Shown here in pieces: positions 8,435 to 15,949 of a stretch of DNA of 33,659 bases (its first letter is position 1; each line of letters begins with the position of its first letter). Position numbers and translations under genes: made by a program. The stretch spans positions 1 through 33,659 of IMG/VR virus record IMGVR_UViG_3300027798_000132; one strand, 5' to 3'. The notes beneath the pieces are model-generated. The model saw only the letters and a list, made by a program, of their open reading frames with translations, did no database searches and had not been told where the DNA came from. The DNA comes from a virus. Lineage: Duplodnaviria; Caudoviricetes.

Positions 8435-8605
8435 ATGTACGAAGCAATAATCAAAATCAACAAATCAGATTCTAACATGAAATCATGCGGAATCTATGCA
8501 GGTGGAATTTATTACGTTTGCGGTGGTCAAATTGAGAACGAAAGAAAAGAAATGGTTAATATTTCTTGGTGGAATATGGACTATACAACAATTGAAAAGC
8601 TATGA
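8435..8605 (+). CDS. Small hypothetical protein (56 aa, MYEAIIKINKSDSNMKSCG...), not in the ORF track
   Basis: Manual translation; follows the promoter; ATGA overlap with 8602. Confidence 0.65.
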   Translation: MYEAIIKINKSDSNMKSCGIYAGGIYYVCGGQIENERKEMVNISWWNMDYTTIEKL

Positions 8606-8889
8606 AATTAGACTTAAAAAAGGTTCAATCAGTTCAATTGAAAGAATTGATTGAACTTGCTTATGGTATAGGCTTAAAACTTGATTTAAAATCAATCGAG
8701 GATAAATCAACTATTGGTCATTACTTAGATTCAGATAATAAAGAATCTCAATTTTTAAAGTATAAAGATAGAATCGAATTTATTCTATTTCAAGATGGAA
8801 ATATCTATCTAACTAATGGAATTAGTCAAATGTCAATTAGTAATTTAGGAAAAATTTTTGACTTGTATTTATTGTTACCAAAATTATGA
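8602..8889 (+). CDS. Hypothetical protein (cassette 8)
   Basis: 95 aa, coupled on both sides by ATGA overlaps. Confidence 0.7.
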   Translation: MKLDLKKVQSVQLKELIELAYGIGLKLDLKSIEDKSTIGHYLDSDNKESQFLKYKDRIEFILFQDGNIYLTNGISQMSISNLGKIFDLYLLLPKL

Positions 8890-9053
8890 CAGGAGAAGAA
8901 TTAAAAGAGTTGCGTAAAGCTAAGAGTCTTACGCAACTTCAACTGGCAGAGCTTTCAGGCGTAAGCGGTCAAAAAGATATTGCTCGTTATGAAAAGGAAA
9001 CTATTAAAATTACGCCACCAATGGCTAAACTATTTGAACTATTATTGAAATGA
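8886..9053 (+). CDS. XRE-family helix-turn-helix protein (55 aa), not in the ORF track
   Basis: Manual translation MTGEELKELRKAKSLTQLQLAELSGVSGQKDIARYEKETIKITPPMAKLFELLLK; classic XRE pattern; ATGA overlaps. Confidence 0.85.
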   Translation: MTGEELKELRKAKSLTQLQLAELSGVSGQKDIARYEKETIKITPPMAKLFELLLK

Positions 9054-9286
9054 AAGACAGAAATACAAACAAGCTAACGCCAACAAGTTTGAAATTTCTC
9101 AAAGGTTTGGCTGGTGATTATGGAGCAAGTGAATCTAAAATTATAGAACACTTGATTGAAGCTGAAAATCCTCTCGAATGCTTTTTGAAAGAGGTTCAAT
9201 TTTACAAGCCAAATGTGAATTTTATTGGGAATGTGCTTTTATATGTTGGGAAAGATTTAAACTTATACATTAAAAAAACTACTTAA
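9050..9286 (+). CDS. Hypothetical protein (cassette 8)
   Basis: 78 aa, coupled to the HTH gene. Confidence 0.65.
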   Translation: MKDRNTNKLTPTSLKFLKGLAGDYGASESKIIEHLIEAENPLECFLKEVQFYKPNVNFIGNVLLYVGKDLNLYIKKTT

Positions 9287-9287
9287 C

Positions 9288-9542
9288 ATGAAGTATAACT
9301 TAATTAATATCAAAGGTAAATGGTTAGTGTTGTTAGGCATGAATGGCGGACATTTTATTTGTTCAAATCTTTTTGACATCAACAATGATTTTTTTCTTCA
9401 AGGAGTTATTTGGGAGCATCTACCATTTTTTGAACAAAATGAAATTTGGTATGGAAATATCTTAAAATTTATAGTTCACAAGTGTCGTGTAGTCATTCAG
9501 TTTGTCAAAGGAGATGCTTTTGGGAATCGCTATCATGGGTAG
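9288..9542 (+). CDS. Hypothetical protein (cassette 8)
   Basis: 84 aa, 1 nt after the previous stop; ends just before the cassette right end. Confidence 0.6.
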   Translation: MKYNLINIKGKWLVLLGMNGGHFICSNLFDINNDFFLQGVIWEHLPFFEQNEIWYGNILKFIVHKCRVVIQFVKGDAFGNRYHG

Positions 9543-9561
9543 TCTTTCTTTAATCACGCCC

Positions 9562-9580
9562 AACGAGTGTATAACCGCAA
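9562..9580. other. Candidate attI-like array terminus 1
   Basis: aacgagtgtataaccgcaa, 14/19 identical to the terminus of array 2; not followed by the hairpin arm. Confidence 0.5.
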
Positions 9581-9621
9581 TTGTATCGTCTATCCCTCAA
9601 TTATACGGATAGGCGATACAA
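9581..9621. terminator. Hairpin just outside array 1 (terminator or protein-binding inverted repeat)
   Basis: ttgtatcgtctatcc / ggataggcgatacaa, 14/15 with an 11-nt loop. Confidence 0.5.
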
Positions 9622-9765
9622 AAATAATATTTTTCTTGCTACTCATTATCAGGAAATCAACCAACACGATGTAATTAATTATGACAGCGTGGAAATGATG
9701 CCAAAAGATTGCGAAGATAGAAAAGATACTTACCATGAAGTTGAGGAAATGTTTTAGAAAGTTCG

Positions 9766-9883
9766 TATATTTGTGAACGGTTTGAACGCCAAAAAACATT
9801 TTAAGATATTTAGCTTTTGCAGGTTTAGTGTTGGGTTTAAAATGTACCCTGTTCAAACACGAAGACCTGCAAAAGCTTTTTTT
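9766..9883 (+). promoter_or_regulatory. Promoter plus structured leader/attenuator upstream of the antirepressor
   Basis: TATATTTG 9766-9773; stem agcttttgcaggt/acctgcaaaagct plus T run; gtttgaac (9780-9787) complementary to gttcaaac (9851-9858). Confidence 0.65.
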
Positions 9884-9893
9884 ATTTCAAATT

Positions 9894-10586
9894 ATGAACG
9901 AATTAGTTAAAGTTGGCAATTTAATGTCAAGTAAAAGGATTGCAGAAAAAACAGGTAAAGAGCATGGTAACGTACTTCGTGATATTAGAAATATGATTTC
10001 TGAATTAGAAAAAGACGGCTCAAAAATGAATAGTTCTGATTGTCAGGTAGTTGTAAATGAAAAGAATGGACTGACCTCTGAAATTATATTAAATGAACGC
10101 CTTTCTCTTTGTCTTGCAAGCGGATACTCCACAACGTTAAGAATGGTAATTATTGACGATTGGGCAACAATGAAATTAGAACTTTCAAAACCCAAAGAAC
10201 TATCACGCAAAGAAATTCTACTCTTAGCCTTAGAATCAGAAGAACGTGCCATTATTGCCGAACAAAAGGTTTTAGAATTGCAACCAAAAGCGGACTTTTA
10301 CGACACGGTGACAGATAGTAAAGATGCTATTGATTTAGGGGCTACGGCAAAAGTCTTGAAATTGAAATACGGCAGAACAACCCTATTTAAGAATTTGCGA
10401 GAATTGGGGGTTTTAATGAAAAACAACATACCAAAACAGGAATTTATAGACAAAGAGTGGTTTATTGTCGTGGAAAGTTCTTGGAGTAATCCAAATGGAG
10501 ATTCTCACATTTATTTAAAAACGTTGGTACTTCAAAAAGGACTGGACGGTATTCGTAAATTATTAAAGGCTAATGATTTAGATTGA
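9894..10586 (+). CDS. Rha-family / KilAC (ANT) antirepressor
   Basis: MSSKRIAEKTGKEHGNVLRDIR (Rha) and PKADFYD...AKVL..GRTTLFKNLRE...TLVLQKG (KilAC); ATG 9894 preferred. Confidence 0.88.
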   Translation: MNELVKVGNLMSSKRIAEKTGKEHGNVLRDIRNMISELEKDGSKMNSSDCQVVVNEKNGLTSEIILNERLSLCLASGYSTTLRMVIIDDWATMKLELSKPKELSRKEILLLALESEERAIIAEQKVLELQPKADFYDTVTDSKDAIDLGATAKVLKLKYGRTTLFKNLRELGVLMKNNIPKQEFIDKEWFIVVESSWSNPNGDSHIYLKTLVLQKGLDGIRKLLKANDLD

Positions 10587-10626
10587 AAAATTATCTAAAA
10601 CCGCTTGATTATTCAGCATTTCCCCC

Positions 10627-10740
10627 TATATTTGTATTATAAATGTGTCGCATTGTGTGGTAGCCGTGTAATACATTTAGACTTGGTTTTTTAATGAACC
10701 ATAGCCCCGTAACGTCTACCACCGTTCGGGGCTTTTTTTT
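10627..10740 (+). promoter_or_regulatory. Promoter plus structured leader with terminator hairpin upstream of the replication operon
   Basis: TATATTTG 10627-10634; stem agccccg-t-aacg/cgtt-cggggct plus T run; gtggtag (10657-10663) complementary to loop ctaccac (10716-10722). Confidence 0.7.
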
Positions 10741-10752
10741 GTTTAAAAAAAT

Positions 10753-11262
10753 ATGAAAAATCTGATTGGAAAAATTCTATTAATAGAAGAATTATTAGTT
10801 GGTAAAAGTGAATGCTTGATAATGAGAAGTCCTAATATTTATGAAGAATTAGACATTGATTCAATGAAACATTTAATTAAACTATTGAAAAACTCAATTA
10901 AACATCAAAAAGTAGTAAACAACTATTCAGAACAAAAAAATAAAGAATATTATGATTCTATATCATGCGTTGCTTTACGAAGCAACCCAAAGATAATTAT
11001 TAAAAAAGACCATTTATATTTAATCCATGATGAAACTTTTGATACTTTAAAAATAGGAAGGTCAAGTAATCCGAAAAGCAGATTAGCACAATTACAATGT
11101 GCTACAAGTAATTCACTAAACATTCTTTATGTTATAAAAGAATGTGGATGCTATGAAAAGGATATACATAAAAAGTATAAAGATTTGAGATTGGCATCTG
11201 AATGGTTTATAAACGATGGTAGTATAGTTGATTTTTTCAAATCAGGACTAATGCCTTTTTAA
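10753..11262 (+). CDS. GIY-YIG-superfamily nuclease, T5orf172/Mug113-like domain
   Basis: YLI...LKIGRSSNPKSRLAQLQ...EKDIHKKY...R..SEWF. Confidence 0.8.
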   Translation: MKNLIGKILLIEELLVGKSECLIMRSPNIYEELDIDSMKHLIKLLKNSIKHQKVVNNYSEQKNKEYYDSISCVALRSNPKIIIKKDHLYLIHDETFDTLKIGRSSNPKSRLAQLQCATSNSLNILYVIKECGCYEKDIHKKYKDLRLASEWFINDGSIVDFFKSGLMPF

Positions 11263-11283
11263 TCAAAACAATCATTAATTGAC

Positions 11284-12240
11284 ATGAAATATACAAGTTT
11301 AATTGACAATGTTACGTCTAAAAAATGGGGTTTATCTATACAAGAGGCTTATCTTTTTGAGTGGATTTACTCCTTACCTTCTTGGGCAAATAAAGCCGTA
11401 ATTGATGATAATGTATTTTACTTTGCATCAAAAAATAAAGCCATTGAGGAATTGCCATTATTGACAGATAAGCCCGATACAATGTACAGGTATTACAAGA
11501 GTTTAGAGAAAAAAGAACTCATTTTAATATCAAAAATTGGCGGTAAAGATTATGTGTGTTTAACTGAAAAATCTAAGGCTTGGAATCGTTGTAAATCCGA
11601 ATACTCGGAAAATAATCCGAATAAACTCGGAAATAAATCCGAAAATAACTCGGAAAATAATCCGACATATAATAAAACAATAAAAGATAAGATAACTAAA
11701 GATAATGTTGTTGTAACGCCCGAACAAAAAAACGAAGTTCCCGAATTTGTACAACAACAACAACAGGAATTTAAAAAAGAAATTGAAAACAGTAGAATGT
11801 TCGACATAGAACAGACAAAAGAATATTTACTAACTGAAAATGAAGTTTGGAGACAGTTTAGAAAATGGACTGACGTAACACACAGAGAAATATTTGAAAA
11901 AGTCTTGAATGAATTTTTGAAAGTTGAACTTGGAAATGAGGGTAGTATTTACCCAAGACCTAAAGGAAAATCATTAATCCATTTTTCAAACTGGACGAAA
12001 AAGAGATTGGCTGATACACCTAAATTATTCACTATTGAAAAAGAAGAAGAAAAGAAAAAAATCTATGTTGCGACCTCCGCAGAAGAAACGCCCGAACAAA
12101 AAGCGATTAGAAAACAAAGAGAACAAGACGAAATTGATGCGATTAGAAAATTGAAAGAAGAATCTGATAGAAGACAAACAGACACGAACGCAAAACCCAA
12201 AACGCTAAATGATTTCTTACCGAATTTCTTATCCGCCTAA
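11284..12240 (+). CDS. Phage replication initiator (lambda O-like organisation)
   Basis: N-terminal wHTH-like region, central low-complexity iteron-encoded linker, upstream of DnaB. Confidence 0.75.
   Translation: MKYTSLIDNVTSKKWGLSIQEAYLFEWIYSLPSWANKAVIDDNVFYFASKNKAIEELPLLTDKPDTMYRYYKSLEKKELILISKIGGKDYVCLTEKSKAWNRCKSEYSENNPNKLGNKSENNSENNPTYNKTIKDKITKDNVVVTPEQKNEVPEFVQQQQQEFKKEIENSRMFDIEQTKEYLLTENEVWRQFRKWTDVTHREIFEKVLNEFLKVELGNEGSIYPRPKGKSLIHFSNWTKKRLADTPKLFTIEKEEEKKKIYVATSAEETPEQKAIRKQREQDEIDAIRKLKEESDRRQTDTNAKPKTLNDFLPNFLSA
11593..11665. repeat. Iterons; probable replication origin
   Basis: ACTCGGAAAWWAATCCGA x3 (11603-11620, 11625-11642, 11648-11665) plus a half copy; each has dyad TCGGA/TCCGA; A-rich tract follows. 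Confidence 0.8.
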
Positions 12241-12514
12241 AATTTTTATCCTGAGTGAGCTTTACTCAAAAAACGAATTGAGCGAAGTTGGAGAAAATAA
12301 AAGGCAAATGTATTTTGACGAACTAACTTCATTCATTGAGAAATTAACAAAAATGTCAGATGGTGCAATAAGCACGAAATTAGAAGTAACTGAACAGATA
12401 AACGCATTTACCGAACTAAAAGAATTATTAGAAAATTTATGGAAGATAGAAAAGGGTACAGCAACAATCGAAAACAAGATAAATTTTATGAAAATGATTG
12501 GGATAGAGGTTTAG
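12209..12514 (+). CDS. Hypothetical protein between initiator and helicase
   Basis: 101 aa; overlaps both neighbours. Confidence 0.55.
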   Translation: MISYRISYPPKIFILSELYSKNELSEVGENKRQMYFDELTSFIEKLTKMSDGAISTKLEVTEQINAFTELKELLENLWKIEKGTATIENKINFMKMIGIEV

Positions 12515-13941
12515 GGAAGATACCACCGCAAGCAGTTGATTTAGAAGAAGCTATCTTAGGTGCTATTCTGCTTGAATCTGACACGTTTAGCGTTGTTAAT
12601 GTAGAATTGTCAGCCGAAACATTTTATAAGCCCGTACATGAAGAAATATATAGGGCTTGTTTACAACTTTTCAATAATTCAGAACCAATTGATTTATTGA
12701 CAGTAAAAAACAAACTAACCGAAAACGGTAAACTCGAATTTTGCGGAGGATTAGGATATATTGCCGAACTAACGCAAAGAGTAAATTCATCTGCAAATGT
12801 GCAAAATTGGTGTGTAATTCTTAGAGAAATGCACGCAAAAAGGCAAGCAATTAATTTGTCTGCTACTATTCAAAAAATGGCTTATGATGATACTTGTGAT
12901 GTTTTTGAGATAGTTGATTATCTTAATGAATCGTTGAGTAATGTAACTGATGGATTATTGGTTAATCAAGATACCACGATTGAAAAACACTTCCTTAATG
13001 CTTTTTTGGCTATTGAAGAAGCAAGAAAAAATAAAGGGGTATTAGGTGTTCCTTCTAAGTTTGCAGAGATTCAACAAGCATTAAAAGGGTATAGGAAAGG
13101 GGGGCTGTATATACTCGGAGCAAGACCCTCGATGGGAAAAAGTTTGTGGATGATAAATGAAGCTATTTATCAGTGTCAGGCGGGGTTTAAAGTTGCAATT
13201 TTTACAATGGAAATGTCGGGAGAAGAGCAGTTATTTAGGCTTATGAGTAACATATCAGAGGTAGAGTGCAATACGATAGAAGCAGGAAGTGAGACACCCG
13301 AACAAAACGATTTAATACAGAAAAGTTTAGGGCGTTTCCCGATTAAAAACCTAAACATTTTCGATAAATCAAGTATGAATGTGAGATATTTAAAGTCTTG
13401 TATTCAAAAATTAAAGCGAAAAAAGCAGATAGATATTGCATTTATAGACCATTTAGGGCTAATAAAGCTGAACCCGAAAATGAATAGAAATGACGGAATT
13501 GGGGAGGTTACGGCAGAGTTAAAAGCGTTTTCAAAAGATTTAGGCGTGCCGATTGTTTTATTATGTCAGCTGGGTAGGGAATCCGCAAAAAGACCTGACA
13601 AAGAACCTCAATTATCTGATTTGCGAGATTCGGGAAATATCGAACAAGATGCGAGTACCTGTATGTTTTTGCACCGTGCTGAATACTACGACCCCGAAAC
13701 AATGCCAGGACTTGGAGAAATATTTGTAAGGAAAAATAGAGGGGGTGCATTAGGGAAAGCGACCTTTGAGTATTTACCCAAAATCTCAACCATGAGAGAA
13801 CTTAAATCATATCAAGATTTCGTTACTGTGACCGATGCGGAGGTGAAGCAATTAGACCAAAGTACACATGATTATTCAACAAACAAGGTGTTTCAAGAAG
13901 TGGGAAGTAATAGTTTTCAAAATAAAGAAGTTCCATTTTAA
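12439..13941 (+). CDS. dnaB: Replicative DNA helicase DnaB
   Basis: PPQAVDLEEAILGAILLE, Walker A GARPSMGKS, FIDHLGL, QLGR, LSDLRDSGNIEQDA, KNRGG. Confidence 0.96.
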   Translation: MEDRKGYSNNRKQDKFYENDWDRGLGKIPPQAVDLEEAILGAILLESDTFSVVNVELSAETFYKPVHEEIYRACLQLFNNSEPIDLLTVKNKLTENGKLEFCGGLGYIAELTQRVNSSANVQNWCVILREMHAKRQAINLSATIQKMAYDDTCDVFEIVDYLNESLSNVTDGLLVNQDTTIEKHFLNAFLAIEEARKNKGVLGVPSKFAEIQQALKGYRKGGLYILGARPSMGKSLWMINEAIYQCQAGFKVAIFTMEMSGEEQLFRLMSNISEVECNTIEAGSETPEQNDLIQKSLGRFPIKNLNIFDKSSMNVRYLKSCIQKLKRKKQIDIAFIDHLGLIKLNPKMNRNDGIGEVTAELKAFSKDLGVPIVLLCQLGRESAKRPDKEPQLSDLRDSGNIEQDASTCMFLHRAEYYDPETMPGLGEIFVRKNRGGALGKATFEYLPKISTMRELKSYQDFVTVTDAEVKQLDQSTHDYSTNKVFQEVGSNSFQNKEVPF

Positions 13942-14063
13942 CGAACAGGTATTGAAGAAGTTGGGGAAATCGAATCTCAAATGTTCGCTAACTTCCAAAT
14001 GCTAGATTGAAAACTAATGATAAGTTACTTCCGTCAAGCCCTGTTTTTTGTAAATATATTGTT
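13940..14063. repeat. attC-like hairpin H (124 nt, poorly paired arms)
   Basis: AAC gaaca ggtattgaagaagttgggg ... ttacttccgtcaagccctgttttttgtaaatata tt GTT. Confidence 0.75.
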
Positions 14064-14155
14064 GGGAGTGGTTAATTTTTTGGGTGTCAGGTCAGGAATT
14101 TGAAATTATTTGAAAAATAACCTAACATATATTAGGTTAATAAAATATCTCATCG

Positions 14156-14163
14156 TATATTTG
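14156..14163 (+). promoter_or_regulatory. Bacteroidota -7 box inside cassette 9
   Basis: TATATTTG in a context similar to the cassette 8 promoter. Confidence 0.55.
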
Positions 14164-14209
14164 TATCAAGAAAATGAGAAAATTGTTTCTCATTCAAAAA
14201 AATAAGACA

Positions 14210-14416
14210 ATGACAAATATTCAAATTCTTAACGAAAATCTTTCTTCAATACTTGGCTCAAAATATAAAGCAACAAATAGTAATGGGCTTGAAATTAGAT
14301 GTGATAATTATAAAATAGGAAATGTTTTAGTATTGTCAGAAATTGAAAAAAAAGAAGGATTAAGCAAGAAAAACGAAATAGCAAAACTTTGTATGTTAAT
14401 TCAATTTGGTAAATAA
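14210..14416 (+). CDS. Hypothetical protein (cassette 9); alternative start 14174
   Basis: ORF after the promoter; TAATG overlap with the next gene. Confidence 0.6.
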   Translation: MTNIQILNENLSSILGSKYKATNSNGLEIRCDNYKIGNVLVLSEIEKKEGLSKKNEIAKLCMLIQFGK

Positions 14417-14625
14417 TGGAAACAGAAATACTAAAATCTATTTGTCAGCTCGCAAAATGGGCTGGCAATGATGCGGAAATTAAGGCAGTTGAAACTTGTC
14501 TTTATTTATTTAAAATGGCAAATAAAAAAGAATCAACATTAATGAGAACTTGCGAGGAAGCTGAGGGTATTATTTATAGAAGAAAATTAGATATTCAAAT
14601 AACATTCTCACAAATTTTTTATTAA
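14416..14625 (+). CDS. Hypothetical protein (cassette 9)
   Basis: 69 aa, tightly coupled. Confidence 0.65.
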   Translation: METEILKSICQLAKWAGNDAEIKAVETCLYLFKMANKKESTLMRTCEEAEGIIYRRKLDIQITFSQIFY

Positions 14626-14841
14626 ATGACTGACAAAGAAAAATGGTTATCCTGTACTGATTTAGAAAGGTATAGGATAATGAAAAAGTATTACAAGCAA
14701 ACCAATAAAGGTATTGCTAAAATAACAGGAAATACAAAAGAAAGTGTTGAAGTTATTGGTATATCTCAGGCATTTCCAAGGTTGTTAAAGTATGCACTTC
14801 ATAACTTCGCTGTCGAGCGAGGATATAAAAATGTCGATTGA
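14626..14841 (+). CDS. Small protein, possible HTH (cassette 9)
   Basis: 71 aa; TNKGIAKITGNTKESVE looks HTH-like. Confidence 0.55.
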   Translation: MTDKEKWLSCTDLERYRIMKKYYKQTNKGIAKITGNTKESVEVIGISQAFPRLLKYALHNFAVERGYKNVD

Positions 14842-15597
14842 TTTAATCACGCCCAACGAGCAAGAATAAATGAAGAAATTGGCATTGAAAACGTAATGAT
14901 TCAAGTCCGATGCTATTATTAAAAATATTGACAACGCATGAAATGCTATGTTAAACACAGAATGCCAAAACCAACCATCAAATGGATTTAAAAATTGAGT
15001 TGTATTTGAAAATGTAATAGCAAGTCCAATCAACAATAATGTAATCTTGTAAGATACTGGTCTAAATCTACGGTCAAGGTTTCTTCCTGTTATAAGTTGT
15101 TTTGTTGAAAAAATCAGAAATAAAATAATCAAAAAAGAGGATGTTATAAAATGTCCCCAATCAAAATTCAATATGTTAGAGCCAATTTTATTCATCCTAT
15201 TGTTCATACTTTGTGTTAATAAAGTGGACGAAATGTTATGGGGCAAAAAAGACAAACCTTGAAAAAAGTCTTTAACGTAAATTTTATAATTCCTTTCAGC
15301 TAAAACTTGGTTTTGCAAAGTTGTCAAGGATTGTTTTACGTTTATTTGTAAGTCTTTCTTTTCAAGAAGTGCATTTATTTTCTGGATTCTATCTAATTTT
15401 CTATCTTCTTCAAAATGGTCTGTCCATCTGAAAAAAGAGTCAAGTAGGAACAATACTGAAATTACAATTAAAATAGAAAATGATTTTTTTAAAAGTTTAA
15501 ATAAGAAAGTGATAGGTTTGTCAATGAACAAGTCAAGACTATTTGCAACCCAATTAAAAAAACCTTTTATTTCAGTTAAAAAACCTTGTTCGTTCAT
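14785..15597 (-). CDS. Membrane protein (cassette 10), C-terminus possibly a read-through fusion
   Basis: 270 aa with several hydrophobic segments; the last ~38 codons run through the half site and overlap the 14626 gene. Confidence 0.65.
   Translation of the reverse strand: MNEQGFLTEIKGFFNWVANSLDLFIDKPITFLFKLLKKSFSILIVISVLFLLDSFFRWTDHFEEDRKLDRIQKINALLEKKDLQINVKQSLTTLQNQVLAERNYKIYVKDFFQGLSFLPHNISSTLLTQSMNNRMNKIGSNILNFDWGHFITSSFLIILFLIFSTKQLITGRNLDRRFRPVSYKITLLLIGLAITFSNTTQFLNPFDGWFWHSVFNIAFHALSIFLIIASDLNHYVFNANFFIYSCSLGVIKSIDIFISSLDSEVMKCIL
14855..14900. repeat. Truncated attC-like site (degenerate left arm only)
   Basis: AAC gagca agaataaatgaagaa...gaaaacgt resembles left arms; no right arm or GTT end repeat found. 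Confidence 0.5.
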
Positions 15598-15678
15598 GTT
15601 TTACTACGTTAATTTTAGCGGTATTGAGGTTAAATATGTCCCAAGATGTTAGTGTATCGTTTTTTTACCATTTCCACC

Positions 15679-15856
15679 AACGTACAGGTATTGGCGAGGG
15701 TGGGGGTTTTGAAAACGTCTCGCCCGAACTGATGCTAAATTGAAAAACTAATATTTACTAATGCTGATTGGTTTCCGTCATCCGAAAATAAAAGCTCAAT
15801 TATGTTCCAAATGCTTAGTATATTCCGTCCACCCCCGCTCTTGCCAATACTATGTT
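15679..15856. repeat. attC-like hairpin J (178 nt)
   Basis: AAC gtaca ggtattggcgagggtggggg ... cccccgctcttgccaatact at GTT. Confidence 0.9.
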
Positions 15857-15949
15857 GGTGGAAGCCCGTCTTGTCGTGTCGTAGTCGGACTGTCCAACGG
15901 AAAAAGTGTTATGACTAAATAAATTGCCCCACGGTAAAATTTAAAAAAT

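Larger units (their letters stand above)
1525..9580. mobile_element. Integron-like cassette array 1: 8 cargo units (1559-2200, 2318-2966, 3148-4073, 4185-4729, 4910-6481, 6662-7643, 7765-8195, 8314-9564) separated by attC-like hairpins
   Basis: Each unit begins GTT... and ends ...AAC with unit-specific 15-bp inverted repeats (13-14/15 match); 7 complete hairpins between units and one half hairpin at the left end. Confidence 0.85.

Noticed and set aside
1525-9580. Complete canonical integron
   Set aside because: No ORF with tyrosine recombinase R-H-x-x-R-H/W-Y motifs in the window, and hairpin geometry differs from canonical attC; reported as integron-like only.
9590-9856. 88-aa minus-strand ORF beside the array terminus (checked as a possible integrase remnant)
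   Set aside because: No recombinase motifs; overlaps a promoter and structured leader.
11550-11807. Minus-strand ORFs with a poly-Cys run
   Set aside because: Antisense reading of the CAA (Gln) run and iterons of the initiator.
11713-12103. Repeated aacgcccgaacaaaaa in the initiator gene
   Set aside because: Explained by a repeated TPEQK peptide; only two copies, no further structure seen.
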